A stretch of 64,000 nt of DNA from contig JAWMAR010000350.1 of the NCBI GenBank assembly GCA_036785375.1, positions 1,302,001-1,366,000 on the forward strand, in the 5' to 3' direction. The notes beneath the pieces were generated by a model. It was not told where the DNA came from. It saw only the letters and a list, made by a program, of their open reading frames with translations, and did not search any database. Positions 62,332 through 64,000 of this stretch are shown piece after piece; position 1 is the first letter of the stretch; each line of letters starts with the position of its first letter. The position numbers and the translations under genes were made by a program. This DNA comes from Leucoraja ocellata (lineage: Eukaryota).

Positions 62332-62968
62332 CACCGGGTGACACCGCGAGTGGCAGCCTCGCCAGCAGCTGTTCGTCCTTTCATCTTTTTTATTATTTTT
62401 AGTCTGTCTAAAAGTTTTTTTTGGAGGTCTTTTAGTCTTTTTTATGTGGGGGGGGGGAACCGTCTACTCAATCACTACCTGGTCGAGGATGCGTCTTTTC
62501 TCCGACTCGCATCTTCGCCCCCTCCTCGCGGTCTACCATCTGGATTGGCGCGGCCTTTCCTGCCAGAGACTGGCCAGAGCTTCAACAGCGGCGCAGCAAT
62601 GAGTTACCATCGCGGAGCGGGTGATGCCTTATCGAGGATCGCTGGAGCTCCATAGTGTTGAGACGTATAACGTGGAGCTGTAGTTTACGTAGCTTCCAGC
62701 CGCGGGCGGTGCTGACTCTAACCGCAGAGTCCTGGGACCTCTTGCCTGGGTCGCCAGCATTGAATCTCCAAAAGGCCCCGACCATGGGTGAATAAAGAGG
62801 AAGAGGACTGAATTTTATTGCCTTTCCTCACAGTGGGAAACGTTGATCCTGCTGTGGGGAGGTTCATGTTAAATTTTATCGTGTATTGTGTCCTTTTTAT
62901 TCGTATGGCTGTGTGGTAATTCAAATCTCTCTGTACCAAATGGTGCATGTAATAATAAATGTCTCTTG
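62332..62968 (+). mobile_element. Non-coding retroposon (about 640 bp) inserted in the CR1 KFADD motif
   Basis: AAGT on both sides (62328-62331, 62969-62972). Removal restores 'atttccaagtttgcggatgac' (ISKFADD). The 3' half matches 44484-44700. Confidence 0.75.
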
Positions 62969-63391
62969 AAGTTTGCGGATGACACAAAGCTGGGTGGCAG
63001 TGTGAGCTGCGATGAGGATGCTATGAGAGTGCAGGGTGACTTGGATAGGTTGGGTGAGTGGGCAGATGCATGGCAGATGTAGTATAAGGTGGATAAATGT
63101 GAGGTTATCCACTTTGCTGGCAAGAACAGGAAGGCAGATTATTATCTGAATGGTGTCAGATTAGAAAAAGGGGAGGTGCAATGAGACCTGGGTATGCTTG
63201 TACATCAGTCACTGAAAGTAAGCATGCAGGTACAGCAGGCAGTGAAGAAAACTAATGGCATGTTGGCCTTCATTGTGAGAGGATTTGAGTTTAGGAGCAA
63301 AGAGGTCCTACTGCAGATGTACAGGGCCCTGGTGAGATTACACCTGGAGTATTGTGTGCAATTTTGGTCTCAATCTTCTCTCCTAACGGTT

Positions 63392-63892
63392 TTCAGATTC
63401 AGATTCAGATTCAGATTCAATTTAATTGTCATTGTCAGTGTACAGTACAGAGACAACGAAATGCATTTAGCATCTCCCTGGAAGAGCGACATAGCAAACT
63501 ATTTGAATAAATAACAATAAGTGTCCGGTGGGGGGGTGGTGATTGGCAGTCACCAAGGTACGTTGTTGAGTAGAGTGACAGCCGCCGGAAAGAAGCTGTT
63601 CCTCGACCTGCTGGTTCGGCAACGGAGAGACCTGTAGCGCCTCCCGGATGGTAGGAGGGTAAACAGTCCATGGTTGGGGTGAGAGTAGTCCTTGGCGATG
63701 CTAAGCGCCCTCCGCAGATAGCGCTTGCTTTGGACAGACTCAATGGAGGGGAGCGAGGAACCGGTGATGCGTTGGGCAATTTTCACCACCCTCTGCAATG
63801 CCTTCCGGTCGGAGACAGAGCAGTTGCCATACCATACTGTGATGCAGTTGGTAAGGATGCTCTCGATGGTGCAGCGGTAGAAGTTTCTGTAC
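63392..63892 (-). mobile_element. Rex1/Babar-like LINE 3' fragment with (TCTGAA)n tail
   Basis: Minus peptide NFYRCTIESILTNCITVWYGNCS..DRKALQRVVK.AQRITG...HPNHGLFTLLPSGRRYRS...NSFFPAAVTLLN. (TTCAGA)4 at 63392-63419. Confidence 0.88.
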
Positions 63893-63908
63893 TGTTTTGC
63901 AAACAGTA

Positions 63909-64000
63909 CAGAAAACCCTTGTTTTAACGACCACCTTATAACGGATGTTGGATACAGTGGACGGATCTGTTGAGTCATCCCCGGCTCGCACTGTCTCTCC
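63909..64000. mobile_element. Possible Tc1/mariner (Tigger/pogo-like) element left end, cut by the window end
   Basis: TA|CAGAAAACCCTTGTTTTAACG...TTATAACGGA resembles Tigger-type TIRs. The other end is not visible. Confidence 0.4.

Larger units (their letters stand above)
61400..63372 (+). mobile_element. CR1 RT fragment carrying nested insertions
   Basis: Peptides QGLIVCIPRVLKEVAQEI, HGFMKVKSCLTNLLEFF, VDVVHLDFQKTFDKVPHKRL, GVPQRSVLG, KFADDTKLGG and LLQMYRALVRLHLEYCVQFWS. Confidence 0.88.

Overview
Eukaryotic genomic DNA from a cartilaginous fish, most likely a skate or ray. This is inferred from elasmobranch-type HE1/V-SINE, CR1 and Penelope repeats; the species cannot be fixed from sequence alone. 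The window holds the 5' part of Pax5 on the minus strand: two alternative first coding exons (1A at 25616-25655, 1B at 14481-14523) and paired-box exons 2 and 3. It lies head-to-head with the start of Zcchc7 on the plus strand (CpG-island promoter near 45.6 kb, first coding exon 50146-50817), the same arrangement as in mammals. About 7-33 kb is transposon-poor, CpG-retaining and rich in candidate regulatory blocks, including a CCAAT array phased at about 31 bp upstream of exon 1B. About 33.5-64 kb is transposon-dense: CR1, Rex1-like and Penelope retroelements, a Helitron spanning an assembly gap, and four different Harbinger-type MITEs with shared ends and TAA target duplications. Two related AT-targeting foldback elements occur, one carrying a miniature SINE in both arms. 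A short Penelope-derived repeat with a hammerhead-ribozyme-like core is scattered throughout. Repeat boundaries are approximate unless a TSD is quoted, and comparisons to mammalian sequences are from memory, not from a search.
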